Below are positions 10,301-17,710 of a stretch of 27,780 nucleotides of DNA, one piece after another. The stretch covers positions 1-27,780 of the IMG/VR virus record IMGVR_UViG_3300037449_000224; one strand, 5' to 3'. Positions within the stretch are counted from its first letter, which is position 1, and every line of letters starts with the position of its first letter. Under the pieces are notes generated by a model. It searched no databases, was not told the origin of the DNA, and saw nothing but the letters and a program-made list of their open reading frames with translations. Source of the DNA: a virus. Lineage: Duplodnaviria; Caudoviricetes. The position numbers and the translations under genes are program-made.

Positions 10301-11553
10301 TCTGTTATGGTAGCAAATGCTTCTTTTACTGTTGTTGTGACTCTAGATAAGTCTTCCATGGTGTAGTGTGCAGGATCTCCTCCAAACGCGGACTTACCAG
10401 CAATCAGTTTCACTATAGCTGAAAAGGAAGTTATGGCTTTCAGTAGATTTGGATCTTCTATTGATACTGCATCCGCATCATACTCTTTAAACGCTGTCAT
10501 AAGACTATCTATGTACCGCGGTATAAGGTTGGTAGCTGTTTGTATATAACCAAACACAGCAGCTTTTAACATTTGAGTTGTGGTAATAGTATAACGCATG
10601 TAATCAAATAAAATTGATGTTTGTTGATCTGACGTTTGTACACTTGTGTTGGTTAATATTGACTTTATCTCTTTACCCATTTGTTGTAGTTTCTCTTTAG
10701 GGTATTTCTCACGAACACTTTTTACAGTATTAACAATACGTTTCATAATAGGTTCAAGAGCAGTACCCTTAACATCAGGGTTCTCTAAAAGTTTCTCTGG
10801 TGCAACATTGTTCATCTTATCAAGAATTTCAGATAGCGGTACATTAGAGCTAGCAACATAATCATCCAGGTCGGTAAGGGAGCTAGATGAAAGAAGTTGT
10901 TCAGTAACATGAGATGCTAACTGTTCTCTTAATTGTTTTTGTCTTGTTTGTTCAGGTGTCAGCTCAACAGTGTCATCAAAACGGGAAGGTACAGGCTCAC
11001 TCTCCGTATCTTGTTTACTGCTATCAGTCTTTTTTTTAGGTGAACGAGCGGCGGTTCTTATATTACCACCCATATTAGACTGCATCTTCAAAAACCTTGT
11101 TGATAGAGCTTGAGCTTCCTTTGTCATTACGTCAACAAACAAGGAAACCGGAAGATGTTTGTAAGATGACATCCTACTTTTAAGTTCTGCTGTGACTGCT
11201 TTCGCATCTGTACTGGATGGAAGAGATATGTTCCCTACCACCATATCGCCCTTATAAAGCATAGTACCTTGTGCTGCATCCCTAACGTCATATTGGTCTG
11301 AATGTACTACAATATTTTCATCCACTGCCACTATGTAGGGTTTACCCTCAATAGTTTCCACACGCCATTTACGTGCTAGGTCATCTCGTTCTACATAGGT
11401 GGAAAACCCAATCTTAACCATTTCCTTTTCTATCGCTGGAGTAAACTCTTTAATGTATGCCTTTTTTGTCTCTAATGGCGTCTCGACCTTTGGTGGTGTA
11501 TGTCCCAACAGGTTTGACATCAGTTCCTGTGCTTGTGCCTGTCTCTTAAGCAT
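7381..11553 (-). CDS. Large (1390 aa) helical hypothetical protein, putative internal virion/ejection protein
   Basis: Long uninterrupted ORF with RBS GGAGGAG; alpha-helical/coiled-coil composition; no Cys; several K/R-x-A motifs; no catalytic motif recognised. Confidence 0.8.
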   Translation of the reverse strand: MLKRQAQAQELMSNLLGHTPPKVETPLETKKAYIKEFTPAIEKEMVKIGFSTYVERDDLARKWRVETIEGKPYIVAVDENIVVHSDQYDVRDAAQGTMLYKGDMVVGNISLPSSTDAKAVTAELKSRMSSYKHLPVSLFVDVMTKEAQALSTRFLKMQSNMGGNIRTAARSPKKKTDSSKQDTESEPVPSRFDDTVELTPEQTRQKQLREQLASHVTEQLLSSSSLTDLDDYVASSNVPLSEILDKMNNVAPEKLLENPDVKGTALEPIMKRIVNTVKSVREKYPKEKLQQMGKEIKSILTNTSVQTSDQQTSILFDYMRYTITTTQMLKAAVFGYIQTATNLIPRYIDSLMTAFKEYDADAVSIEDPNLLKAITSFSAIVKLIAGKSAFGGDPAHYTMEDLSRVTTTVKEAFATITENLSQGQDTLKNLSSLPKSFLLKMSLAQQGEGIAKQLGVIITELNILSPAQWDILSLISVKTTAFQTSISAAFSRAGLPATYTTQVAPSSTMGVNSMSGKAEFDTTKISQLDFSGILNNTFLKELFMSLGLQDGFRVLSDLTTNKISARQDVLTIPRLITTSKTATDPNQLKVVAETVNESITHILNDKLILLTPAEYTSSVSDLLDIKEQTVQGLTHAQATDIIPRVTQEFDKLIGSFKTVAENIKKLTTTIVTPDNQKKLIMGIRSAISSGSITADEGQAFAWVLGSLFKQLQSGTPAVLLQPAGKEYSQKMTEPMQKKRKMSSIKFAEESDNTASLLEISQKYKEVLHQLNTIIEYAQHQTSNEQSPSRDFALAAKLQSVIKTAAKKEDVATPKNRPDLKEVVAATEKLSKMFNSVETLIGVALLQTQDPILREFTSGEFSSIFGEGFSSNTTPMEVQDKVRALEYAVARKVRDLSQKKDVISSMKTDLIGGVDHQLDIAISRGPVQVKTDSLGSDQMTPQIKLFTTILGTTPQDIAAFFDVSRNTIKDVMGSVKGIGQSSKVLKDAFPKLKATTTERYPSQKGVLVEHMAPDVGSATAALLFTNPTIFARWSDQAKNMANSLKGAPDKAKALEAFADQILPEAFESASGKSPVVLGMVYSTALKSFMGSLSPEEKTSVWNAVTPDTQKFIRQYLSKPGLEDVSNAYQNIIQQAGSKEKAQKYLQSLSERGFEDVLTNAKKRVADKAGYKFHETPEWAHLDGLQKLKFDIDEREAAISKMLPQVAALDTQIDSLVEQTKNNTLPREQVKQLGKQLDALQTQRESLLQSGPASRFQQELVKLKDEYRHMISLKPQEQEQQRRETMPISITRDPDDKPVIAPMEGKKLKVHRTKKRTGAQSFLDILKLSSEGATPERALSILQNINEYLDRLLSAVDTMTQAMEQTFPQVASNDAPLAIAAKNKAKIKQGGI

Positions 11554-11983
11554 GTGTACTCCTCCGTTTTAGTTCTTGGAATTGTGTTTTAGCTTCGTTG
11601 ATTTTATCTGGGAAGCTGAGTATACCCTCAAACGCCCTTCTTTTGGTTACATCGAAGTTTTGATAACTAGCACGATACTCTACTATAAGTTTTTTCATAT
11701 CTTCGCATTGTTCAAACAACTTGTCTAGTTTTGCTTTCATGTCAGTTACAGAAGAATACCGTTCTGTGTTCTGATATTTATGAAGAACAAAACCGTGTTC
11801 ACTAGTGTACTTCTGAATTTTGTTGATGTATTGTGTTTCCTCTGAAGCAGATTCTGCAATCTTGTGAAGTGTATCAAGAACAGTCTTGAGTTCGTGATAA
11901 CGAGGGTCGGATTTGGTTTGGATTTTTTCCACAGTTGATATTACTTGTTTTAACCACTGAACATCTGTATTACTGAGTAACAT
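11546..11983 (-). CDS. Hypothetical helical protein, first gene of the putative late block
   Basis: 145 aa; RBS GGGAGG 5 nt upstream of the ATG. Confidence 0.75.
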   Translation of the reverse strand: MLLSNTDVQWLKQVISTVEKIQTKSDPRYHELKTVLDTLHKIAESASEETQYINKIQKYTSEHGFVLHKYQNTERYSSVTDMKAKLDKLFEQCEDMKKLIVEYRASYQNFDVTKRRAFEGILSFPDKINEAKTQFQELKRRSTHA

Positions 11984-12029
11984 TGAAACCTCCCTATAAA
12001 GTGTCTTTAATTTTATATAGGAGGCAACG
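11981..12029 (-). promoter_or_regulatory. RNA hairpin sequestering the RBS and AUG of ORF 11546-11983, with a TATA-like element in its 5' arm
   Basis: mRNA: CGUUG-CCUCCU-A-UAUAAA-[AUUAAAGACAC]-UUUAUA-GGGAGG-UUU-CAAUG. The anti-SD CCUCC pairs with GGAGG, and CGUUG pairs with CAAUG. Confidence 0.65.
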
Positions 12030-12042
12030 TCAGTGGATTTTT

Positions 12043-12558
12043 CTAGGGTTTGTAGAGTTTTTTAAGTAGCGGAAAATCGTCGGAATCTTCCAGTTGATTA
12101 AATAGTTCGACTGCGAAAGGATTATTTCTGAGTCGCATACGTAATGTAGCAAGAGCCCTATCCCGTCTGTCAATTACACTCTGCGAATTGATATGAAGTG
12201 CGCGTTCTATGTCAGCTACTTTTTGTTCCATAAGATAGTGACGTTCAATCACGTCTTGTTGAGGAGGTGTAAGTCTCTTTATTTCATGACATACAATATC
12301 CATAAGGGTGCGTACTATGTGTAATCTAAAGGCATCTTTATCCTCTACAAAGTAACTATCAGAAGTTGACAGTGCTATATGATCTGCAGCGGGTATCTCT
12401 TCCATTGATACCATATACACCCCGCATGTACGTACTGTATCTGGTACCTCAACGACAATCTTTGGTATAGAAGTAGGCAGGTCGTCATCGTTATGAACAA
12501 CAAGTGGATGCTCCTCTATTATAGGTTCTGATTCTTCGTCAGGTTTTGGTTCCTGCAT
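12043..12558 (-). CDS. Sigma-70 region-4-like HTH transcription factor
   Basis: EIKRLTPPQQDVIERHYLMEQKVADIERALHINSQSVIDRRDRALATLRMRL matches the sigma region 4 pattern (L...Q..VI...Y.....EIA..L.IS...V.....RAL..LR). RBS AGGAGG precedes MQEPK at 12558. Confidence 0.75.
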   Translation of the reverse strand: MQEPKPDEESEPIIEEHPLVVHNDDDLPTSIPKIVVEVPDTVRTCGVYMVSMEEIPAADHIALSTSDSYFVEDKDAFRLHIVRTLMDIVCHEIKRLTPPQQDVIERHYLMEQKVADIERALHINSQSVIDRRDRALATLRMRLRNNPFAVELFNQLEDSDDFPLLKKLYKP

Positions 12559-13169
12559 AGACCACCTCCTGTACAATAATCTGCAAAGTCCTTATAAGGG
12601 TAAGTAAACATTGTGTGACATGTGACGTCCGGTGCAAGTTCTTGTATCAGTTTTGTTACAAGAGGAATTGAACGCATACCTGCACCGTCTGAATCAAGTA
12701 CAAACGTAAAGTTATTAGTAAACGAAGCTAACAGGTATACTTGTTCCTTACTAATACGGGTTCCCATAATGGCTACTACGTTACGAACTCCGTTAGAAAC
12801 AGGTAATAACACGTCAAAAAACCCCTCTACAATGTACACCATATCTTCCTTTATTATATACTCCTGTGCTTTATCCAGACCAAACAGGTGATGCATCTTA
12901 GAAAATGGGAGGTAATGATACTTGTGTCCTGAGTCACCTAACCTGAGGGCAAGAGATACCAAATTGCCATTCACATCGTTAATAGGCATCAGAGGTTTAT
13001 GTTCATAAGGACCATACAAGTCGGAAGAGGGCATTGAGGACCCTAACTGATACGTGTCAAACACAACAGAACTTACACCGCGACTTTGAAAGTAACTACC
13101 CACATAAGTTCTGTCTGTTGAGGTCACTATCCTCTCGTACTTAACTACTTGCTCGTCAACGTTACACAT
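12519..13169 (-). CDS. dnaG: DnaG-type DNA primase, TOPRIM catalytic domain (no zinc-binding domain)
   Basis: HLFGL, YIVEGFFDVL, VVAIMGT, FVLDSDGAG and YKDFADY are DnaG TOPRIM motifs. Start uncertain (13169 or 13187). Confidence 0.85.
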   Translation of the reverse strand: MCNVDEQVVKYERIVTSTDRTYVGSYFQSRGVSSVVFDTYQLGSSMPSSDLYGPYEHKPLMPINDVNGNLVSLALRLGDSGHKYHYLPFSKMHHLFGLDKAQEYIIKEDMVYIVEGFFDVLLPVSNGVRNVVAIMGTRISKEQVYLLASFTNNFTFVLDSDGAGMRSIPLVTKLIQELAPDVTCHTMFTYPYKDFADYCTGGGLCRNQNLTKNQNL

Positions 13170-13552
13170 GCGTTTTCTGTCTCCCATAGGTCAACTCGTA
13201 CTACTCTGGCTCCGAACTTTTTCTTGAAAACTGCGTCAAGTGTATTAAAAATGTATACACTAAGATTCTCAGCTGTCGGTTGTTCAACAATATCGTTAAG
13301 GTATGCATGATCCAACTTATTAGTAACAGTCTTTTCTATTGTTGCCTTCATAACCTTAAAGTCTATTCCGAATTCTACTTTCTCCTGCAGTTTCGGAACC
13401 AAAACAAACACTTCGAACCGCCATGTATGTCCATGGAGGTGGGCACACCGACCTACATAATTGTTAAGTTTATGTGCGGAATCAAACTTCTGGGTTACCC
13501 TCAGGGTGTAATTGAACTCCTGCGGTACTACTTCCTTTGTCACCTTCTCCAT
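13145..13552 (-). CDS. queD: 6-carboxy-5,6,7,8-tetrahydropterin synthase (QueD/PTPS-I)
   Basis: FDSAHKL, CAHLHGHTW (CxxxHGH signature), LDHAYLND, PTAENLS, WETEN. Confidence 0.93.
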   Translation of the reverse strand: MEKVTKEVVPQEFNYTLRVTQKFDSAHKLNNYVGRCAHLHGHTWRFEVFVLVPKLQEKVEFGIDFKVMKATIEKTVTNKLDHAYLNDIVEQPTAENLSVYIFNTLDAVFKKKFGARVVRVDLWETENACVTLTSK

Positions 13553-14600
13553 CTTTAATTCCTCCTGTGCGTATTAGTTTGGTTACAATGTTTACCAACT
13601 CTTGTCTAAGTTCTGGTTTACTTCTAATATCCTCAATGAGTGCGTTCTGTCCGAACCATTTCTTATCTCCAAGAATGTAAGAGGGTCCTGACTGAGTCAT
13701 TCCTCCTCTACCTCCGTAAGAGAGTAGTGTCTGCATAAGATCGTAATCTCTATCAATACCGTATTTATACCAAAGACGGAAGTGTGCCTCTTGAAAGTTG
13801 GCCCCACCTCTATGTTTAACAACTTTTACGTCAATGTCTAAACCCTCTACTTGGTCTTCAACCTTTAACTGTTTTGACGCTGGTGGTTTTTTTATATGTA
13901 CCCTTGTAGAAGCAAAATGTTTAAGAGCCATGCCGCCCGGTGTGACAAATCCTGGATACATAGAGTTCATATCCTCGCGTACTTGGTTAATAAGTAAAAG
14001 AGAAGTGTTCGATGAAGAAAGTACTGGGTTGACTTGTTTAAGTACTCTAGATAGAGCTCCTGCCACTGGTGAGTAAATACGATTGTCCATATCAGCTTCG
14101 CTTTCTGCTTTTGACATCATAGCGGCGACACTATCAAGAACGATCAAGGCAACCTTTCCTGTAGAGGCATAAGACTTTATCATATCGAATATTTCCTCAA
14201 CAACCACATTGGGACAAATGATAAGGTTATCAACGTCTACACCTAACTGTGCTGCCCAATCAGGATTCAGTGCCTGTTCTACATCAAACCAGACGCACTG
14301 CCCCCCTTTACGTTGTGTTTCTGCAACAGTTAACATAGCTATCAAGGATTTACCACTCTGTTGTTCCCCATAGAACTCAGTAATTCTTCCAACAGGGAGT
14401 CCTCCTGTAAGAGCGCTATCCAAAGCAAGAATACCGGAAGAGTATAATTGAATACTGAGGTCAACTTCATCTCCAAACGCTGGTATACCTGTAGTATACT
14501 TTTTCTTAAAGTCCTTCTGAAGTGCAGAGAGAACAGAACGTACGTCCCCTCCTACTGATTTGTCAATCCCATCTGGTTCCTTAACAGGTTTCTTTGCCAT
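13482..14600 (-). CDS. recA: RecA-family recombinase
   Basis: SGILALDSALTGGLPVGRITEFYGEQQSGKS (Walker A), WFDVEQAL, LIVLDSVAAM (Walker B), LLINQVRE, TPGGMALKHFASTR. Confidence 0.95.
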   Translation of the reverse strand: MAKKPVKEPDGIDKSVGGDVRSVLSALQKDFKKKYTTGIPAFGDEVDLSIQLYSSGILALDSALTGGLPVGRITEFYGEQQSGKSLIAMLTVAETQRKGGQCVWFDVEQALNPDWAAQLGVDVDNLIICPNVVVEEIFDMIKSYASTGKVALIVLDSVAAMMSKAESEADMDNRIYSPVAGALSRVLKQVNPVLSSSNTSLLLINQVREDMNSMYPGFVTPGGMALKHFASTRVHIKKPPASKQLKVEDQVEGLDIDVKVVKHRGGANFQEAHFRLWYKYGIDRDYDLMQTLLSYGGRGGMTQSGPSYILGDKKWFGQNALIEDIRSKPELRQELVNIVTKLIRTGGIKDGEGDKGSSTAGVQLHPEGNPEV

Positions 14601-14608
14601 ACGTCCTC

Positions 14609-15061
14609 CTATATACCTTTACTAAGTTTTTTAAGATATAATAAAGCATCCGCTTCATTATTAAATACAACGTCTGCTGCTTCTAATACGAAAGCATGTT
14701 CGTGGATATTTCCAGGTTCAAGTACTACTATTGTATGTTTGCCTTTGTCATGTGCCCAAGCCAACTCCATACAACAACCAATTGATGCCATTGTAGCACC
14801 AAGAAGATTCAGGTAAACTATGTCAGAAGAACTAACCATCCAACGGTCCCGTTCAGAAATAGCATGATTAGTAGTTACGGGTGACTGATCAAGTCCATGA
14901 CTACGTAACTTCATGTCCGTTCTAAGCATTTCCTTTCCAGTCATGGGACATAGAACCTCATAACCGAACTTTTTAAGTAGTTTAGTAACTCTTGTATAGT
15001 AACTCATTACTGATACGTAACTCTGTCCGGAAATCGGATGTGCCATATAAATTTTGTGCAT
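14609..15061 (-). CDS. Nucleoside 2-deoxyribosyltransferase / N-glycosidase (NDT/DNPH1-like) family protein
   Basis: KIYMAHPISG, RDRWMVSSSDIVYLN, SIGCCMELAWA(H)DKGK with the catalytic Tyr/Asp/Glu pattern of the family. Likely start MHKIY at 15061. Confidence 0.8.
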   Translation of the reverse strand: MHKIYMAHPISGQSYVSVMSYYTRVTKLLKKFGYEVLCPMTGKEMLRTDMKLRSHGLDQSPVTTNHAISERDRWMVSSSDIVYLNLLGATMASIGCCMELAWAHDKGKHTIVVLEPGNIHEHAFVLEAADVVFNNEADALLYLKKLSKGI

Positions 15062-15062
15062 T

Positions 15063-15377
15063 TTAACCCCCAAGATTTGATTTTTTACAATTAACCCATT
15101 CGGATAACTTAGTGAACTTTCTTGAGTGCAGAGCACAAAGTCTACACTCTCTATGTTTCACTTGTTTCTGAAAATGTTTACAAAATCCGGCCCATATACG
15201 AATAGCTTCTGGTAGTGATGCAAAGATTTCTCGCATATACATCTTCTTTGCTTCATCACTCATATTATGTAACTTACGTAAGTTCTCTTCAGGTATGAGT
15301 CCTATTGGAATCTCTATCGGTTCCCCTGTTTGAGGATCCTTGCCTACAAGATAACCAAGTCTATTTACAGTATCCAT
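15063..15377 (-). CDS. Hypothetical Cys-rich small protein
   Basis: 104 aa; CKH...CRLCALH...C is a possible metal-binding set; overlaps the end of ruvC. Confidence 0.65.
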   Translation of the reverse strand: MDTVNRLGYLVGKDPQTGEPIEIPIGLIPEENLRKLHNMSDEAKKMYMREIFASLPEAIRIWAGFCKHFQKQVKHRECRLCALHSRKFTKLSEWVNCKKSNLGG

Positions 15378-15847
15378 TTTTTGTCCACTGTTTTTATGAA
15401 CGGATAATGAGCGGAGGCAATAGCATCTGTCACATCATCCTTAATGTCTTCCGGTAAACTATAACGTAACATCATTGCTGCTCTTATTGCTTTCTTATCA
15501 ATTTTCTGTTTCGGATAAAGTGCAGCTCTGATTGATTGAGTTGTTAACATAGCTATCTCCGTTGTTGGTACTAAGGAGGCAATTGCTTCAATTGCTACCC
15601 CTGCAAATCTGCTAAGTTTTTTTGTTACTGAAGGATCAAATTGTACGAATGTATCTTCAATAACAACCATAGTAGGTTCTGCTCTTTTAACTAGTCCTTT
15701 GACAACTTCACGAAACACTACTAAACGTAACTTTTGAAGTGTGTCAGTACTAAATGGAATGAGACCGTAATCAACAAGGGTCGGACCATCTGAAAAGATG
15801 GCCCACCCTGTGCTGACTGTTGAAATATCTAAAGCTAGAATCTTCAT
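15365..15847 (-). CDS. ruvC: RuvC-like Holliday junction resolvase
   Basis: ILALDISTVSTGWA, VVIED and DDVTDAIA supply the catalytic acidic residues. Confidence 0.88.
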   Translation of the reverse strand: MKILALDISTVSTGWAIFSDGPTLVDYGLIPFSTDTLQKLRLVVFREVVKGLVKRAEPTMVVIEDTFVQFDPSVTKKLSRFAGVAIEAIASLVPTTEIAMLTTQSIRAALYPKQKIDKKAIRAAMMLRYSLPEDIKDDVTDAIASAHYPFIKTVDKKWIL

Positions 15848-16788
15848 CCAAAAATCTCTTTGTCAATTGCATTAGTTGTACCTGGATTGTATCCCGGTTG
15901 CACTCCCTGTTGTACTGGTTGTCCTGGACGTGCTACCCTTTGTGCTGTTGCTGGCGGCGGTGGTTGCATTGGTTGTTGTGGTGCCTGATTTACTGGATAC
16001 ATTGGTGCAGGTGGTGCAGTTGGTGTCTGGTACATTGGTTGTACTGGTTGCTGGTAAGCAGGTTGTGGAGGTGGTTGCATTGGTGCGTATGTATTAACCT
16101 GAGGTTGTTGCTGATACTGTGGCGGTTGTGGTTGATACATCGGTTGTGGTGGTTGAGCAACCGGTTGTTGATAAGTCTGTGGCGGTGGAGGCGGATTATA
16201 AGTAGTTGGTGCTTGATTATAACCATAAGAAGCATTCTTCTGTTGGTTATTCTGTTTAATATCCTCTCCACGAAGAATAGCTGCAATCTCTGCTGGTGTG
16301 TTCGGTTGTACAAACTCCTTATAGTTAACCCTGCCAACAAATTCATTAACTAATGCCTGCTCCTGTGGTGTTGGAGGCATTATAGGATTCCTCGGTAGAA
16401 CGGAATACCTTGTTTGGTTTCCTGCAGCTTCCCTTGAAATTGAGACATCGTAATTAAGTGGTGAACCCCAAGACGGATCAATAAACAACTGTTTAATAAG
16501 AACACCAGCTGTCCTTGGGATATCAAGCAACTTAGGAGTCAGTGTTGCACGATCAATAACTACAAACAGATGCCTCTCCTGCGGTCTCTCTCCTGCATTG
16601 CACAAAGGGCAATTTGGAGAACCTGGACATTTAATTGGTCTTTTCTTACCTGCTACCTGGACCCAATGCTGTTTGTATACTTCTGGTTCTGACATTACAC
16701 GGACGGCAGTATTCGTTCCATCTTTTAACTGAAGGAAGTTTCCAGGTCCGTTACTTGCTGATTCGTTCGAAACATCATTCCATCCCAT
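15844..16788 (-). CDS. Phage single-stranded DNA-binding protein (gp32-like) with P/Q/Y-rich tail
   Basis: FLQLKDG...VRVMSEP, HWV, CPGSPNCPLC Zn site, YDVSISRE...TRYSV OB-fold pattern; located beside ruvC and recA; low-complexity C-terminal ~135 aa. Confidence 0.75.
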   Translation of the reverse strand: MGWNDVSNESASNGPGNFLQLKDGTNTAVRVMSEPEVYKQHWVQVAGKKRPIKCPGSPNCPLCNAGERPQERHLFVVIDRATLTPKLLDIPRTAGVLIKQLFIDPSWGSPLNYDVSISREAAGNQTRYSVLPRNPIMPPTPQEQALVNEFVGRVNYKEFVQPNTPAEIAAILRGEDIKQNNQQKNASYGYNQAPTTYNPPPPPQTYQQPVAQPPQPMYQPQPPQYQQQPQVNTYAPMQPPPQPAYQQPVQPMYQTPTAPPAPMYPVNQAPQQPMQPPPPATAQRVARPGQPVQQGVQPGYNPGTTNAIDKEIFG

Positions 16789-16809
16789 TACTTTGTACCT
16801 CCTTTCTTT

Positions 16810-17088
16810 TTAGGTTTTGTACTCTGTGTTTTCTTTTCCATTGTATGCTCCTTCTAAACTAAGTTTTTCATCAGATTTGTAAAATGCTTTAACCTGTGCT
16901 GCTAAGTTAGGAATACCTAAAGAGTCTCCTGTATCATCCAGAACAACAAACGCATTTTCCAAGGTGTCAGAAATTACTTGGATTGCTTGACCCTCGTGAG
17001 CGTAAGAAGTTTGTTCATATTTGTCACCCCAGACTTGTATTTCCACAAGACTCGGTTCATTACGTACTACTACACTATAAATCTTCAT
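16810..17088 (-). CDS. Hypothetical protein
   Basis: 92 aa ORF overlapping the end of the PHP gene, within the operon. Confidence 0.6.
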   Translation of the reverse strand: MKIYSVVVRNEPSLVEIQVWGDKYEQTSYAHEGQAIQVISDTLENAFVVLDDTGDSLGIPNLAAQVKAFYKSDEKLSLEGAYNGKENTEYKT

Positions 17089-17710
17089 GACTTATTATAC
17101 TATACTTTTTCAATTTGCGGTAGATAGATACATTCTTAGGATCGTGAGCATCTGTACTTGGATACCATTTACAATAACTCTTTATATTATTATAGAAATC
17201 CACGTTGTAGTCTCTTGAGTAACGTTCATTGAGTTCTACACTTATATTGTTACTTTTAGTGATAGTAAAAAACCTTTGTTGAGTAGCATTATCAAGTTCC
17301 TCTTTATTATGGTGAAAAGGATGAGCAAGATGGTGAACACCAAGTCTTTGGAAGAAAGGAACGTTCTCGTCAAGTATCTGAAGATAATCTTCTGTATTTT
17401 TATAGGTGTGCACAGATAGTACTACTTGGTAACCATCAGTTATAATGCGGTCCAGATTTCGTTTCACTTTATCAGTATCATGGGATATACTCAGTTCTAC
17501 TGCCTGGGGTATTTCAAAATGTTTTGCAATTTCTTGCATTCCACTTCGAAATCCGTCCATACTATACTGATTGTCATGAATCAGTATCATGGAGGGTTTA
17601 ACAACACGGTTCTTAATATTTATATAACCTTCGTGCAGATGAGGGAAATAATGAAAGTGAAAGTCCTCCCCTATAAGAAACTTTTTAGTCGTGTCTAACG
17701 TAAATGGCAT
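17075..17710 (-). CDS. PHP-family phosphoesterase (histidinol-phosphatase-like)
   Basis: Metal-binding motifs DFHFH, VEL, LSVH, LAHPF, VELNERY and STDAH. Confidence 0.82.
   Translation of the reverse strand: MPFTLDTTKKFLIGEDFHFHYFPHLHEGYINIKNRVVKPSMILIHDNQYSMDGFRSGMQEIAKHFEIPQAVELSISHDTDKVKRNLDRIITDGYQVVLSVHTYKNTEDYLQILDENVPFFQRLGVHHLAHPFHHNKEELDNATQQRFFTITKSNNISVELNERYSRDYNVDFYNNIKSYCKWYPSTDAHDPKNVSIYRKLKKYSIISHEDL

Noticed and set aside
15365-15847. RuvC-fold protein as a Cas/TnpB-like effector
   Set aside because: It is a 160-aa stand-alone domain in an ssb/recA context, i.e. an ordinary Holliday junction resolvase.
15820-16353. 177-aa Trp/Cys/Leu-rich plus-strand ORF and alternate-frame ORFs 15876-16097 and 15990-16346
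   Set aside because: These are by-products of the CCA/CAA-rich P/Q tail codons of the SSB gene.
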